Assembly (NCBI GenBank): GCA_021827645.1
Contig: JAKAVA010000043.1
Span: 593 to 64,592, forward strand
Direction of reading: 5' to 3'
DNA: 64,000 bases
Source of the DNA: Planctomycetota bacterium
GTDB taxonomy: Bacteria > Planctomycetota > Phycisphaerae > WQYP01
Shown here: piece after piece, positions 39,268 to 51,100 of the stretch
How the letters are laid out: every line of letters starts with the position of its first letter
Numbering within the stretch: the first letter of the stretch is position 1
Notes under the pieces: generated by a model
Told to the model about the DNA's origin: nothing
Databases searched by the model: none
The model's input: only the letters and a program-made list of their open reading frames with translations
Translations under genes and position numbers: made by a program

Positions 39268-40692
39268 TCATCGGTGCCGCTGGACGGAAACATGCTCTGC
39301 CGGTCGCTCCGCCAGTTTGCTGGTTGTGGGCGAAAGGTGAGCCTTCAGATACGCCATGGCCTTTGCCAACTGAACATCCACAAAACGTTTGCGTGGATTG
39401 GAGATACCGAGCCTGTGCAGAGCGGCTGCGCGGGCTTTGGCCCCGGGCGGTGGAATGAGTTCCGCTTCCTTCATATGCCGATAGATCGCCATTTCCACCT
39501 TTTTCGATACGGGCACCAACCCTCCGGGCGACGGCTCGATACCCCAGGTTTTGGAATCCCGATGCCGGGCGATGTTTTTTCCATTGGGCAGGTAATAAAG
39601 GGCGGTGGTGAGCTTGATAGCCGATCGCCCGCCGGGCAGCGGAAACATATTCTGCATGCACCCTTTGCCGAACGACTGCGTGCCGAAAATCACCGCGCGA
39701 TGATAGCATTGCAATGCCCCGGTGAGCAGTTCTGCGGCGCTGGCCGTCTGCCCGTTGACGAGCACGACCATGGGGAACGGAGGATAGGTATGCCGCCCGT
39801 GCGATACTTCGCGGCCATCGGTCTGAGGCAGACGCCCATGGGTGGTGACAATGACTCCGGATTTAATAAATCGCCGGGCGACTCCCACTCCGCTGGCCAC
39901 CAACCCACCGGGATTAAATCGCAGATCGAGAATCAGGCCGCCGAGCCCCCCCTTGGACCGGATCAGCGGCAGGAGTGCATGATCAAGTTGCTTTGGGGTG
40001 TCTTTTTCAAACGCCGTGATATGGACATAGGCAATGCGGCGAGCGGGATCGATTAAATAATCCCACCGACCGTCGGGATAGCGTTTGAATCCCTGAACAC
40101 TGTCTTCGGTCAGCAGTGTCCGTCGTGCGCTGATGTGCAGCAGGCGGTGACTGAACGGGGTTTGAACGGTGAGACTTAAAAAAGTACCCACGGTGCCGTT
40201 CATGGCATGGAGCACCCGCGAAAATTTCCACCCTGCAATTTTCTGTCCGTTGACGGCAAGAATTTTGTCGCCGGTACGAATTCCCGCCTTCAGTGCCGGG
40301 GATTGAGCCAGCGGGCGGACGACAACAACGCCTGATTTGGGCATGTCGGTCGTGATAAACCCGATACCCGCAAACTGCCCCTGCACCTGCTCGTTAAAAT
40401 CCACCCACTGGCGGTGATCGAAATAGACACTGTAGGGATCAAGTTTGGCGAGCATACCGCGGATGGCTCCATCGGTGAGCGTGCGATTGGAAACGTGCCG
40501 ATAAAAATTCTGCCGGATCAGCGCCCGTGCAAACGTGATGCGCTGCATGAAGGTATAAGCGCCGGCGTCCTGCTTTCGGGGCGGGGATTGCCCCCATTTC
40601 CCGCGCCCGATGGCAATGCCGAGAGCGAGGGCCGCGATGATCCAGACCGCACCGGCCGCCCGAGAACCATGACTGATATATGTTTTTTTCAT
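39268..40692 (-). CDS. S41 family carboxyl-terminal processing protease (CtpA-like, PDZ)
   Basis: LDPYS, PALKAGIRTGDKI (PDZ), ILDLRFNPGG, TASAAE (catalytic Ser), SFGKG (catalytic Lys). Confidence 0.93.
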   Translation of the reverse strand: MKKTYISHGSRAAGAVWIIAALALGIAIGRGKWGQSPPRKQDAGAYTFMQRITFARALIRQNFYRHVSNRTLTDGAIRGMLAKLDPYSVYFDHRQWVDFNEQVQGQFAGIGFITTDMPKSGVVVVRPLAQSPALKAGIRTGDKILAVNGQKIAGWKFSRVLHAMNGTVGTFLSLTVQTPFSHRLLHISARRTLLTEDSVQGFKRYPDGRWDYLIDPARRIAYVHITAFEKDTPKQLDHALLPLIRSKGGLGGLILDLRFNPGGLVASGVGVARRFIKSGVIVTTHGRLPQTDGREVSHGRHTYPPFPMVVLVNGQTASAAELLTGALQCYHRAVIFGTQSFGKGCMQNMFPLPGGRSAIKLTTALYYLPNGKNIARHRDSKTWGIEPSPGGLVPVSKKVEMAIYRHMKEAELIPPPGAKARAAALHRLGISNPRKRFVDVQLAKAMAYLKAHLSPTTSKLAERPAEHVSVQRHR

Positions 40693-41039
40693 TTGATACC
40701 TCGAAGCAACTCCGGAAGTTGTATTACAAAGGCCGAGCGCGGAAGGACGGCATCGGCTCCGGTCTCAGCCGCCTGCTGCGCCAAGTCACGCTGAACATGG
40801 GAGAGGAACGCAATAATTTTCGGCGGCGTTTGGAGCAACCGCGCCCGGCGGATCACGGCAAGGGGATCAACGGACGTCGAATTCAAATCGACGATCAGCA
40901 GATGTGGGCTTTGAGCGTCCCAGTCGTCGCATGCGGACTGCGACCGCACCCATGACACCTCAGCGCCGGCGGCACGAGCTTCGGCGGCTATGCGCGATGA
41001 AAATATCAGGTCGGAAACTGCCACATGTACCCGAGCCAT
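40689..41039 (-). CDS. Single-domain receiver (CheY-like) protein
   Basis: DLIFSSRI, LLIVDL putative phosphoacceptor, AFLSHV, GADAVLPRS; 4-nt overlap with the S41 gene. Confidence 0.75.
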   Translation of the reverse strand: MARVHVAVSDLIFSSRIAAEARAAGAEVSWVRSQSACDDWDAQSPHLLIVDLNSTSVDPLAVIRRARLLQTPPKIIAFLSHVQRDLAQQAAETGADAVLPRSAFVIQLPELLRGIK

Positions 41040-41437
41040 TTCACCTCCTAAAACCTGTATCTATGATAGCAGAATAGGGGCAAGCGCTCAGGTATCGGAG
41101 ATAGCGGGCGACCGGCGATATGGCCTCCTTCGATTGCGTGGTAAGCGGCGATCCCCTGTGAAAACTTCGGATAAACCCGGTTTCTTCATGTCCAACGCAA
41201 AGGAATTCGATCTGCGGGTACGTAACAAATGGGTATTCGGGGGTATGTGGGATTTGTCCGGTGCGGCTGGCGAGTCCGATACGGTGAAACATGAGGTTTG
41301 AGGGTTTGATTTGCCGTCTTGGAGGGGAGTCACGGCCTCTGAGGTGAAAAAATGAATGCCGGCGATTGACGCGATGCAGAGCAGCCGCATTTTTGTTATG
41401 CTTCTTTCAGGTTTGTCTTATCCGGAGTGCACACAAG

Positions 41438-42502
41438 ATGACCGATTCAACAAGCGATCCACTGGCGCTTTCCCAGGCTGAAATGGAGAGTATTCAAAAA
41501 TTGCAGTCGACGGTGGGTCGATTGCAGAAGGAACTTGCCAAGGCGGTGGTCGGACAGGAAAAGGTGATTGAGGAGTTGCTCATCACGCTGATCTGCCGGG
41601 GGCATTGCCTGCTGGTGGGTGTGCCGGGGCTGGCCAAGACGCTCTTGGTCTCCACGCTGGCCAAGACGCTGACGTTGAGCTTCAACCGGGTGCAATTTAC
41701 GCCGGACCTGATGCCTTCGGACATCACGGGAACCGAAGTGATTGAGGAGGACAAAACCACCGGCCAACGCGCGCTGCGCTATGTGAAGGGGCCGATCTTT
41801 GCCAACGCGGTGCTGGCGGATGAAATCAACCGGACGCCGCCCAAAACTCAGGCCGCCCTGCTGGAGGCGATGCAGGAACACCAGGTGACCGCCGGGGGCG
41901 TGCAGCGGCGATTACCCGAGCCGTTTTTTGTCATGGCCACGCAGAACCCGATTGAGCAGGAGGGAACTTATCCGCTGCCTGAAGCGCAGCTTGATCGATT
42001 CATGTTTCAGGTGCTGGTGGACTATCCGACGGAACAGGAAGAATTTGATATTGTTCGATTGACCACCGCATCGCGGAAGGTGCAGATTGATCCGGTGATT
42101 ACGGGTGAGGAAGTGCTGCAGTTGATGGAACTGGTGCGGAAGGTGCCGGTGCCGGATCATGTGGTGCGGTATTCGCTCAAACTGACCCGTCAGACACGGG
42201 TGAGCAAGGGGGATGTGCCGAAGTTTGTAAAAGATTATGTATCGTGGGGAGCGGGCCCGCGTGCGTCACAGTATCTGGTATTGGCGGGCAAAGCGCGGGC
42301 GCTGCTGCATGGACGGTATCACGTGAGCACGGCGGATATCCGGGAGGTGGCGGCCCCCACATTGCGGCACCGCGTTCTGACGAATTTCAATGCCGAGGCG
42401 GAGGGCATCCGTTCGGATGATATTGTGCGAATGCTGATTGAAAATACACCCGTGGGAGAGGATGCGGATTCCGCCATGGTGTCCCGGGTGACGGCGCGAT
42501 AA
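41438..42502 (+). CDS. MoxR family AAA+ ATPase
   Basis: [73 protein letters not shown]; likely start ATG 41438. Confidence 0.96.
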   Translation: MTDSTSDPLALSQAEMESIQKLQSTVGRLQKELAKAVVGQEKVIEELLITLICRGHCLLVGVPGLAKTLLVSTLAKTLTLSFNRVQFTPDLMPSDITGTEVIEEDKTTGQRALRYVKGPIFANAVLADEINRTPPKTQAALLEAMQEHQVTAGGVQRRLPEPFFVMATQNPIEQEGTYPLPEAQLDRFMFQVLVDYPTEQEEFDIVRLTTASRKVQIDPVITGEEVLQLMELVRKVPVPDHVVRYSLKLTRQTRVSKGDVPKFVKDYVSWGAGPRASQYLVLAGKARALLHGRYHVSTADIREVAAPTLRHRVLTNFNAEAEGIRSDDIVRMLIENTPVGEDADSAMVSRVTAR

Positions 42503-42536
42503 CGGGCGCCTGATATTAACGAACCATTGGAGCAAC

Positions 42537-43469
42537 ATGGCTGCCGATTCAACCTCCGGAGAAAAGATCGATTATCGCCGACACCTTGATCCGAAGGTGC
42601 TGGCCAAAATCGGGGCGCTGGATATTCGCGCACGGCTTATTGTGGAGGGGTTTATCAGCGGGATGCACCGGTCGCCGTACAAGGGCTTTTCGATTGAATT
42701 CGCCCAGCACCGGCCGTACACCAGCGGCGACGATATTAAATTCATCGACTGGAAGGTTTTCGGCCGTACCGACCGCCACTACATCAAGCAATATGAAGAG
42801 GAGACGAATCTTCAGGTGATGCTGGTGGTGGATGCGTCGGCTTCGATGGCGTACAGCGGACGGAACAATCCACCCTGGCGCAAGTATGACCACGCCATCA
42901 GTATTGCGGCCAGCATTGCGTATGTGGCCCTGCAGCAGCGCGACAGTGCCGGCCTGGCGGTATACGATTCCCGCATCCGGAGGATCATCCGGCCGTCGAA
43001 CAACCCGCGCCAATGGCGGATCATGATCGATGAATTGTCGGCGACGGTGGGTGATCCGAAGACGGACACCGGTGCGGTACTGGACCAGATTGCGGAGGAA
43101 CTTAAGCATCGCAGCCTGGTGATTCTGGTGAGTGATTTGTTTGATGATCCGGAGCGCCTGATCAAGGGAGTTCGGCATCTGCGGTACCGGCGGCATGATC
43201 TGATCTGTCTGCAGGTGCTGGACCATGACGAATTGGATTTTCCGTTTAATCAGACCACGATGTTCAAGGGGATGGAGGAGGCGAACGAACTGGTGGTGGA
43301 GCCGCAGGCGCTTCGCGAGGCGTATCTGAAGGAGATAACGGAGCACAATAACCGTATTCGCACCGCGTGCCACCAGTTGCGTGTGGACTGCACCCAGATT
43401 GATACCAGTGTGCCGCTGGATGTGTCGTTGCCGAATTTTCTCGCGTCGCGGGCGGCGCGGATGTCGTGA
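42537..43469 (+). CDS. DUF58 domain protein (vWA-like)
   Basis: GMHRSPYKGFSIEFAQHRPY, DDIKFIDWK, VDASASM, VSDLF. Confidence 0.94.
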   Translation: MAADSTSGEKIDYRRHLDPKVLAKIGALDIRARLIVEGFISGMHRSPYKGFSIEFAQHRPYTSGDDIKFIDWKVFGRTDRHYIKQYEEETNLQVMLVVDASASMAYSGRNNPPWRKYDHAISIAASIAYVALQQRDSAGLAVYDSRIRRIIRPSNNPRQWRIMIDELSATVGDPKTDTGAVLDQIAEELKHRSLVILVSDLFDDPERLIKGVRHLRYRRHDLICLQVLDHDELDFPFNQTTMFKGMEEANELVVEPQALREAYLKEITEHNNRIRTACHQLRVDCTQIDTSVPLDVSLPNFLASRAARMS

Positions 43470-43505
43470 TCCGGATGGCCCGGAGCCCGGGCGGGTACCG
43501 GGTGG

Positions 43506-45755
43506 TTGGAGTTGAAGTTGCTGCTGCCGATGATTGCCATGCTGCCGTTTGTATCGCCGGGGCTGTTTGCCGCCGGCGCGGCGTGCGTGAGCATCCCGAT
43601 CATTATCCACCTGCTGAACCGGCGGCGATTCCGCCAGAAGCCGTGGGCCGCGATGCAGTTTTTAATAGCGGCGTATCGGCGTAATGTCCGGCGCCTGAAA
43701 CTGCAGCGACTGCTGCTGCTGCTTTTGCGATGCCTGGCGATTCTGCTGATTGCGGCGGGGATTGCGCAATTTATTCCCATCAACCGGGGGTTAGCGGCGT
43801 TGATGGGCGGCGAGAGCCGCCTGACGATCGTGGTATGGAACAATGCCTATCCCATGGGATATGTGCCGGCATCGGGGCAAAGCCCGTTTGCGGAGAGCCG
43901 TCGGCTGCTGGCGAACTGGAGTCAGCATCTTCCGGGGGGCGAATGGACGGCGGTGATCGGTGCATCATCGAGCAGCGGGCCGCTGCTGGAAAAGCCCGTG
44001 CCCGCTTCGCCGAGCGTAACGAGTCTGATCGCGAGGCAGAAGGTGACGGAGGGAAGCCCGGAGATCGCTGCGGCGCTGATGAAAGCCGCCGACTTGGCGA
44101 AGGCATGGCGGAAGCGGGTGGCCCATGTGCGGGTCTGGCTGGTCAGCGACGAGACGGCCTCTGATTTCGGCTGCCGCAGCGGAAATAATCCGCTGGCCAA
44201 ACTGAGTGGCGCCCTGCATGCCGTTCGGCGGGCGGTCAAGGCGATCGGTGCGGCGGGAGCGCGGTTTCGAGTCTTTGATGTAGGGCGGCCGGATGCGGCG
44301 AACATGGCGGTTACCGAGCTGCGATTCACCCGACCTGCGGTTTTGATCGGACATGACATCCACCTGCGGTTGAAGGTACTTAACAGCGGCGCCCAAGCGG
44401 AGCCGAATGTGAGCGTGCGGTTTTTGATTGACGGTGTCAGCAGCGGCCGGCAGACAATCGGCACCATCCGCCCATGGAGTGCGATGACCGCACAGGTGTT
44501 GCTGCCGGATCCAATCGTATTACCGGGGCTTCATGAAATCACGGCACTTATCGCCGCCGACGGCCTGCCGATTGACAACATCCGGCAGCGTGTCTTCCGG
44601 GCCCGCACGGCGCTGAAGGTATTGCTGGTGGATGGAAGGCCGGGCGATCCGGCGCAGGGCGTGCTGGCATCTACGGCATGGCTGGAGGCGGCACTAGCCC
44701 CGGCGGATAAGGGAAATCGATTTGCTCCGCGGCGTATTGAAATTGACGAATTACCGGGGGCTGATTTGCGGCATTACACGGCGGTTGTGCTCAGCGACAT
44801 CGCCCCACCGGGGACTGCGGATATGCAGCGGCTGGAAAGATTTGTTCGGCGCGGCGGAACGCTGATGATTTATCCCGGAGAGGAAGCAGATGCATCGGCG
44901 TGGACGCATCTGGGGGGCGGACTGCTGCCGGCGGCATACGGGGCGCAGATTCACACGTCGGCGAAAGCGCCGCAGACCTTGGATGTGACGCGCTCGGCCG
45001 GATCGATCATGGCCCCATTCATCGCGGCTCAACGGCAGGGTATCCATACCGGGATTTTTCACATTGCGATACATCAATATGTGCAGTTAATACCGAGAGC
45101 CCATGCGGAGGTATTATTAAAAATGCGCGGTGGAGCGCCGCTGCTGGTGGTGGGTGATTTCGGCCGTGGCCGGGTCGCCATGTGGGGAACGTCCTGCGAT
45201 ACACGGTGGACCGATCTGCCCGCGCAGCCGGCGTTTCTGCCGCTGATTTACCGGGTGTTGGATCAGGTGCTGGTGGCACGCGGGGCGCGGCATAATCTGC
45301 TTGTGGGCCGGAGGCTTGTGTTGGCCGCAGGTCGCCAAACCAAGATGGAATTACGAGGTCCGGGCGGCAGCACGATGGAACTCACCGAGATGCTTGCCGG
45401 GGCAGGGAAGAGCCGGCATCTGCAGCTTTCCGGCGCCCCGATGGCTACAGCAGGCGTCTATCGGACAACGGCGGGAGTGCCGATGGCGGCGGTGAATGTG
45501 GATGCGGCGGCGGGTTCGAATATCGCTCACATTGCGGCCCGTGCAGCGGCGGAATGCTTTTCCATACCGCCGAGTCGGATCGTGACCGAACCAGAGGAAC
45601 TTCATTCATCCCATCGATCGTCAACGGGCCCGGCGGGGAACATCGGCTGGCTGATGCTGATGCTCGGATTTCTGATATTGGCCTCTGAAGCATTGGCTGC
45701 GCGGGCCTTTTCACGGTATCGCCTCTCCACTCAGACCGCGGGGGTGCAGGCATGA
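43506..45755 (+). CDS. BatA-domain protein with degenerate vWA, Ig/CARDB-like and GATase-like domains
   Basis: IPIIIHLLNRRRFRQKPWAAMQFL...LLLLLRCLA BatA motif; WTDLP..PAFLP; C-terminal TM; start may be 43530 or 43539. Confidence 0.85.
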   Translation: MELKLLLPMIAMLPFVSPGLFAAGAACVSIPIIIHLLNRRRFRQKPWAAMQFLIAAYRRNVRRLKLQRLLLLLLRCLAILLIAAGIAQFIPINRGLAALMGGESRLTIVVWNNAYPMGYVPASGQSPFAESRRLLANWSQHLPGGEWTAVIGASSSSGPLLEKPVPASPSVTSLIARQKVTEGSPEIAAALMKAADLAKAWRKRVAHVRVWLVSDETASDFGCRSGNNPLAKLSGALHAVRRAVKAIGAAGARFRVFDVGRPDAANMAVTELRFTRPAVLIGHDIHLRLKVLNSGAQAEPNVSVRFLIDGVSSGRQTIGTIRPWSAMTAQVLLPDPIVLPGLHEITALIAADGLPIDNIRQRVFRARTALKVLLVDGRPGDPAQGVLASTAWLEAALAPADKGNRFAPRRIEIDELPGADLRHYTAVVLSDIAPPGTADMQRLERFVRRGGTLMIYPGEEADASAWTHLGGGLLPAAYGAQIHTSAKAPQTLDVTRSAGSIMAPFIAAQRQGIHTGIFHIAIHQYVQLIPRAHAEVLLKMRGGAPLLVVGDFGRGRVAMWGTSCDTRWTDLPAQPAFLPLIYRVLDQVLVARGARHNLLVGRRLVLAAGRQTKMELRGPGGSTMELTEMLAGAGKSRHLQLSGAPMATAGVYRTTAGVPMAAVNVDAAAGSNIAHIAARAAAECFSIPPSRIVTEPEELHSSHRSSTGPAGNIGWLMLMLGFLILASEALAARAFSRYRLSTQTAGVQA

Positions 45756-48112
45756 CGAACCCGTTATTGATGGCCGGCTCGGTCCACCTTGTGCTGCTGA
45801 CCAATCATCCGGTCTGGATGAGCCTGCTGGCGGCGGCGGCTGTGGTCTTCGGCATCTGGAGCTACCGGGCTCAGGGGGCAGCCCCGCGATACAAATGGAC
45901 ACTGGCGACCCTGCGGGCGGCGATCCTTTTAATGGTCGTTTTTCTGCTTATGGCACCGGCACTGGTGAATCGGCAGTTGGTGCGGCATCGCGGGCGGGTG
46001 GTGATCTGGGTGGATTCATCCCTCTCGATGACGCTTAGAGACGAATACCCGGCGCCGGAAGCCAGGCTGCTGCACAACATTCTTCTGACAACACATTCCC
46101 AAAACCCAAGCCGCTATCAGATCGCACTCGCCGTGCTGCAGAGTGCGGAACATGGATGGTTGGGGAAAGTACTCAAGCGACAGAAGGTTATGGTGTATAC
46201 CGGTGGCAGCCGGGCGGAGCTGGTCGGGACGGCGGAAAATAAAAAGCAAATGAATGCCGTGCTGGCCCGGCTTGCGAAAATCAAGCCGACAGCGGGTGAA
46301 ACGGATATTCCGGGAATTATTTCGCAGATATTAGGGCAGCTTTCCGGCGAACCGGTCAGTGCGGTGGTGGTGCTTTCGGACGGTCGCGATACGACGGCCT
46401 CCCCCACCCGCCAGATGGTTGCCCGACTGAAGCGCCGGGCGATCCGGCTCGTGACCGTGCCGATCGGTCGCGATCATCTTCCCTTCAGCATTGAACTGGC
46501 GGATGGTACCACAGCGCATCAGGCGTTTGTGGGGGATCCGGTGAATGTTTCAGCGCGGCTCGTAACATCGGAAAACCCTGCGCCGCTTGTGCGCCATGTG
46601 CGGCTTTATGAAGTGGGGACGGACGGGAAGGTGCTGCTGGCGACGAAGAAAGTGGTTATTCCCGCCGGCAAATCCCAGATCCCGCTGCGGCTAACCTGGC
46701 GACCCAAAGCACCGGGGCGTTACCACATCCAGATGGTGATCCGCAGGGCGAAGGGAGAATTCATACCGCCCATTCCCGGCTACAACGGCGGGCGTATTGA
46801 ACTGAGAACCCGGGCGGTGAAGGCGAAAATAAAAATTCTGTATGTGGATGGGTATCCACGATGGGAATATCGTTATCTGAAGAATGATCTGGCCCGCGAA
46901 AAGACCACGTTGCTGAGTTGTCTTCTGCTTTCGGCGGATAATCATTTTGCCCAGGCGGGGAATATTCCGATCCGCCGATTTCCCGAGACGCAATCTGAGC
47001 TGGATCAATACGACGTGTTGATACTCGGCGATGTGGATCCGGATTATTTTTCGCAGCGGCAGATGAAACTCATCACTCATTTTGTGGGTGATCACGGGGG
47101 CGGATTTTTAATGATTTCCGGTCCGGAATATTCGCCGCGTGCCTACCGCGGGACGCCGATTGCCAAGTTACTTCCCATCATCATCGGCAACCCGGCGAAC
47201 CCGGCGATGGCCCCGGTGGAGGGGATTCCGTTCGGTCTTCGCCTTACGGTCGCGGGACGCCGCAGCATGCTGTTTCATTTTTTCAGCAGTGAAGCGGCGA
47301 ACCTGCGTGAGGTGGCCGATCTACCGCCGCTGTATTGGTATCAGCCGGTGGCGGGCCTTGCCCCCAGTGCGACGGTGCTGGCGATGGTGGCGGGACGGCA
47401 GATCACGGCCCGCGACATACCGGCCATTGTGCTGGGGCGCTACGGCGCCGGGCGGACGATGTTTTCAGCGATTCAGGATACGTGGCGGTGGCGTGCCTAT
47501 CACGGCGCCCCGATTTACAAGAGTTATTGGTTGGAGACGGTGCGAACTTTGGCGCGATCGCGGCTGTTCGGGCGACATCGTGCGGTGGTGCTGCGATCGT
47601 CCGGGCGGCGGGCACTGGTGGGGCAATCGGTGCCAGTGACTCTGCATGTCAATCGCATGAGTCTCCTTTCATCTCTGCCGCACCAACTTCAACTGAGCGT
47701 CCACGGCCCGGGCGGCGCCATGCAGGTGCCGATGCTCTCCGACCCGAACAATCCGGGGGTGTACAGATCACTGGTCCATATCTGGGCGGCCGGGGATTAT
47801 CGGTTTGCCCTCAAGCCGGGACAACTGGCTGTGACATCACCGACGCTGAATATCTCCGCCGAGGCTCCGGAGACGGAATTTCTCAATCCGCGAGCGGATA
47901 TCCCCGCCATGGCGCATCTGGCGGCGGCGGCTGATGGTAAAATGGTTCTTCCGGCAACGTTTGAAAAGGCGGGCGACGTGATCCCGGACCGGAGCGTGGA
48001 AAGCCTGCTCATTCATTCGCATCAGATATGGAATAAGCCGTGGGCACTTGCACTATTAATCATCCTGCTGACGGCCGAGTGGCTGTTGCGGAAACGGGCG
48101 GGGCTGATTTAA
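45752..48112 (+). CDS. Membrane-anchored vWA + DUF1355/GATase-like protein
   Basis: Two N-terminal TMs; VDSSLSM and VLSDG MIDAS; KILYVDGYPRWEYRYL; YDVLILGDV; TWRWR; C-terminal EWLLRKRAGL. Confidence 0.85.
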   Translation: MTNPLLMAGSVHLVLLTNHPVWMSLLAAAAVVFGIWSYRAQGAAPRYKWTLATLRAAILLMVVFLLMAPALVNRQLVRHRGRVVIWVDSSLSMTLRDEYPAPEARLLHNILLTTHSQNPSRYQIALAVLQSAEHGWLGKVLKRQKVMVYTGGSRAELVGTAENKKQMNAVLARLAKIKPTAGETDIPGIISQILGQLSGEPVSAVVVLSDGRDTTASPTRQMVARLKRRAIRLVTVPIGRDHLPFSIELADGTTAHQAFVGDPVNVSARLVTSENPAPLVRHVRLYEVGTDGKVLLATKKVVIPAGKSQIPLRLTWRPKAPGRYHIQMVIRRAKGEFIPPIPGYNGGRIELRTRAVKAKIKILYVDGYPRWEYRYLKNDLAREKTTLLSCLLLSADNHFAQAGNIPIRRFPETQSELDQYDVLILGDVDPDYFSQRQMKLITHFVGDHGGGFLMISGPEYSPRAYRGTPIAKLLPIIIGNPANPAMAPVEGIPFGLRLTVAGRRSMLFHFFSSEAANLREVADLPPLYWYQPVAGLAPSATVLAMVAGRQITARDIPAIVLGRYGAGRTMFSAIQDTWRWRAYHGAPIYKSYWLETVRTLARSRLFGRHRAVVLRSSGRRALVGQSVPVTLHVNRMSLLSSLPHQLQLSVHGPGGAMQVPMLSDPNNPGVYRSLVHIWAAGDYRFALKPGQLAVTSPTLNISAEAPETEFLNPRADIPAMAHLAAAADGKMVLPATFEKAGDVIPDRSVESLLIHSHQIWNKPWALALLIILLTAEWLLRKRAGLI

Positions 48113-48193
48113 CGCGGCCTGCGGGTGAGATGGTGGTGACCGGCGGGGCTGGGCCATCCATGGCCGCCACGGAGACAGGTTGGTGAAACGTCC

Positions 48194-51100
48194 ATGACAT
48201 TGCTGCAAACACCACCGGGCACATCGCTTCCGGGCAAGATTAAAACGCTGGCGGCGGCGATCCGGCGCCGTCTGCTGCTGCTGGGGCTGATGCAGACCCT
48301 TGCCGGTGCCGTCTCAACGGCGCTGATTCTGGGCGCGGCGGATTATTTTCTGCATTTCCCCGGAATGCTGCGTCTGGTGCTGATCGTGCTGTTTATAATC
48401 GGCACTTTTGCTGCGGTGGTCTGGAAGGTAATCCGGCCGGCGCTGCGCCGGGTGCCACGGACGGTGCTGGCGCATCATCTTGAAAAGACCGGCCATCTGG
48501 ATCACGACGAAATATCAGCCGCATTGGACTTTCTGGACTCCGGCCTTCACGAGCGGAACGCCCTTGCGGCGCAATCGGTTGAAACGGCGCGGACGGCCGC
48601 AGCACACATTCGACTCGGCGATGCGCTGTCGTGGAAATTCATACGCCGATATGCCGGTTGGCTTGCAGTGGTGGTCGCCGTTTGCGCGGGTCTGGCGCTC
48701 ACCGCCCCGCGGCTGGCAAGTATCAGCCTGCGGCGATGGACCAACCCGCTGGCAGCCAACCCCTGGCCGCTGCATGTGCTGGTGAGCCTCACCTGGGGCA
48801 AAGGAGGGCCGCCGAAGATTCTGCCCAGCGGCGATCCGTTTGCCGTTACCGCCCGTGTGGAAAGAGGATTTAATACTCATCTGAGAGTCTGGCTGGAGAT
48901 TCGCCGACCGCACGGCGGACGACAATCTGAATTGATGACATGGCAGGGAAAGGCGACGGGCAGCGTCTACCAAAAGGTGGTTTTGCCCCAACCGGGAAGA
49001 CTGATGATCCGCGTCCGGGCAGGAGATGATGATCGCAATCCGTGGGTGTCCGTTTTGGTGCTGCCGCGTCCGCGGATACTCTCGATGACGGGGACGATTG
49101 TACCGCCGGCGTACGCCAAGGGCGCCCCCCACTATCAGCTCAACCTGCTCGCCCACCGGGCGGAAATCATCCGCGGTTCCACCATTGATATTGCGGCGAC
49201 GAGCAATCAGGGGATCTACGCGGCGCATGTGGTCGGCGGCCCGCCGCCCGCGCGTATGGTGGTGCCCGTAACACACGCTGGCCCGGCATCAAAGCGAGCA
49301 GAGATCATCTATCAGCCTCAGGCATCATTTACCGGGCGGCTCGAAGTGGCCGATTCACATCAACTGAAAAGCCATCGTGGAGGTCGATTCCGCGTGGTGG
49401 TCGTGCCCGACGCGCTGCCGCAGGTGGCTATTACGCATCCACGCTATGCACTGGATCTGACGCCGCAGGCGCTGATCCATCTGCATATCCGCGCTTCGGA
49501 TGATCTGGGGCTTACCACGCTGGCGATTGTGGGGGTTCACCGGGGTGCGGGGAACAAAGCCAAGCCGACCTTTGCCCAGAGAGCACAGTGGAAATCATTG
49601 CGATACAGTGCCCTGACGCACGGTGAGATTGGCCAAGCCGTTGTCCCGTGGACACCGGAGTCGATGCACCTCAAACCGGGTGATCAGATCGATCTGATGG
49701 CGCAGGTGCACGACAATTACGTCAGTCGAAAAGCCCCTTACCACCACCCGGCGGTGGATTCACCGCGACTGGTTATCAGTATTTTGACTCCGGGGCAGAT
49801 CGAGCGGCAACTGCAGCGTTCGCTTCAGGGGATTCGGCGTTCCATTGAATCGCTGATTCGGCGGCAGAGAGTTACTCGGGATCAGGCCCAACTGCTCCAG
49901 CAGGCCATTTCAAGCGCCCATGCGCTGACCCCCGCACAGAAGTTGCTGCTTTCGCAGTTGCCTCGGGCGCAGAATCGCGAGGCGCTTAGCGCGGAAGCGA
50001 TCACGCGGGAACTGAACATCTTATCTTCCACCGCCCGGCGCAATGGACTTTTATCGCGATCGATCGGGCGCACGATCACGGGTGCGCAACATGTGATGAG
50101 CCGTGTCGGCGGGCATGTGATGCCGCGGGCACAAAGCCATCTCTCGCTCGCGAATCGCAGTGTGACGGCAGGCAGGGTGCAACAGGCGGGCAAGCCGCTG
50201 GGCGCGGCAACGCAACGTGAGAGTCAGGCGATTCGGCGGATGAGGGCGCTGGTGGCTCAACTTGGGGCGGCGGGGATCTTTAATTCGCTGCGGCATTCAA
50301 CCGCCCGGCTTCTGGCGCAGCAGCAACATCTGGAAAAGCAGTTGCGAAAACTGGCGAAGAAAACACTGGGCAGACCGTTTTCACAATTATCCAAGGCACT
50401 TCAGCAACAAGTGCAGCGGCTTGGGGCGGAGCAGCAGCAACTGGCATCGAAGGCAGCACATCTGACCAACAACCTGAGCCGAGCCGCAAAACAACTAGCC
50501 AAATCTAATCCGCACATGGCGGCTGCACTGAAAGCGGCGGCGCAACTCGCGGCCCGCTATTCGGTGGTCGGGGCCATGGGGCAGGCCGCTACCAAGGCCG
50601 CGCAAAATCATCTTCAATCCGCATCGAGCAATCAGAAGCAGGCGGCGAACGGACTGAAGAAAATGCTGCATGTGCTCAATCAGCAGGCAAAGCGTTCGCT
50701 TTCGCGGCAGATTAATCGTCTAAAGACGCTGCTGCAGCAGGTTCAGGCGCTGCTGCGAAATCAAAAGCTACTCGCGACGACAACGGCGTCGGAACCACTC
50801 AATGCCTCGAGGGTGATGCTCGCGCCAGTCGCCAATCACCAATCCACCTTGGAACTCACCGCGGCGGAACTAGCGGGCAAAAGCCGCCGTGCGGATCCGT
50901 CCGGTTACGCCCATGCGTATCTGATGGCAGCATCGCACCAGATGGGCCGCGCGACCGGGCAGTTGGAGAATGCCAATCAGCCGCTGGCAGTTCCGCATCA
51001 GGTGCAGGCGATCAGTTGGTTGAAGAAAGCGGTGGCCATCCTGCAGAAGCTGCTTAATCAGGATCGTGCCAAGAAGCAGATGCAGACCCTTTCAGGGCTC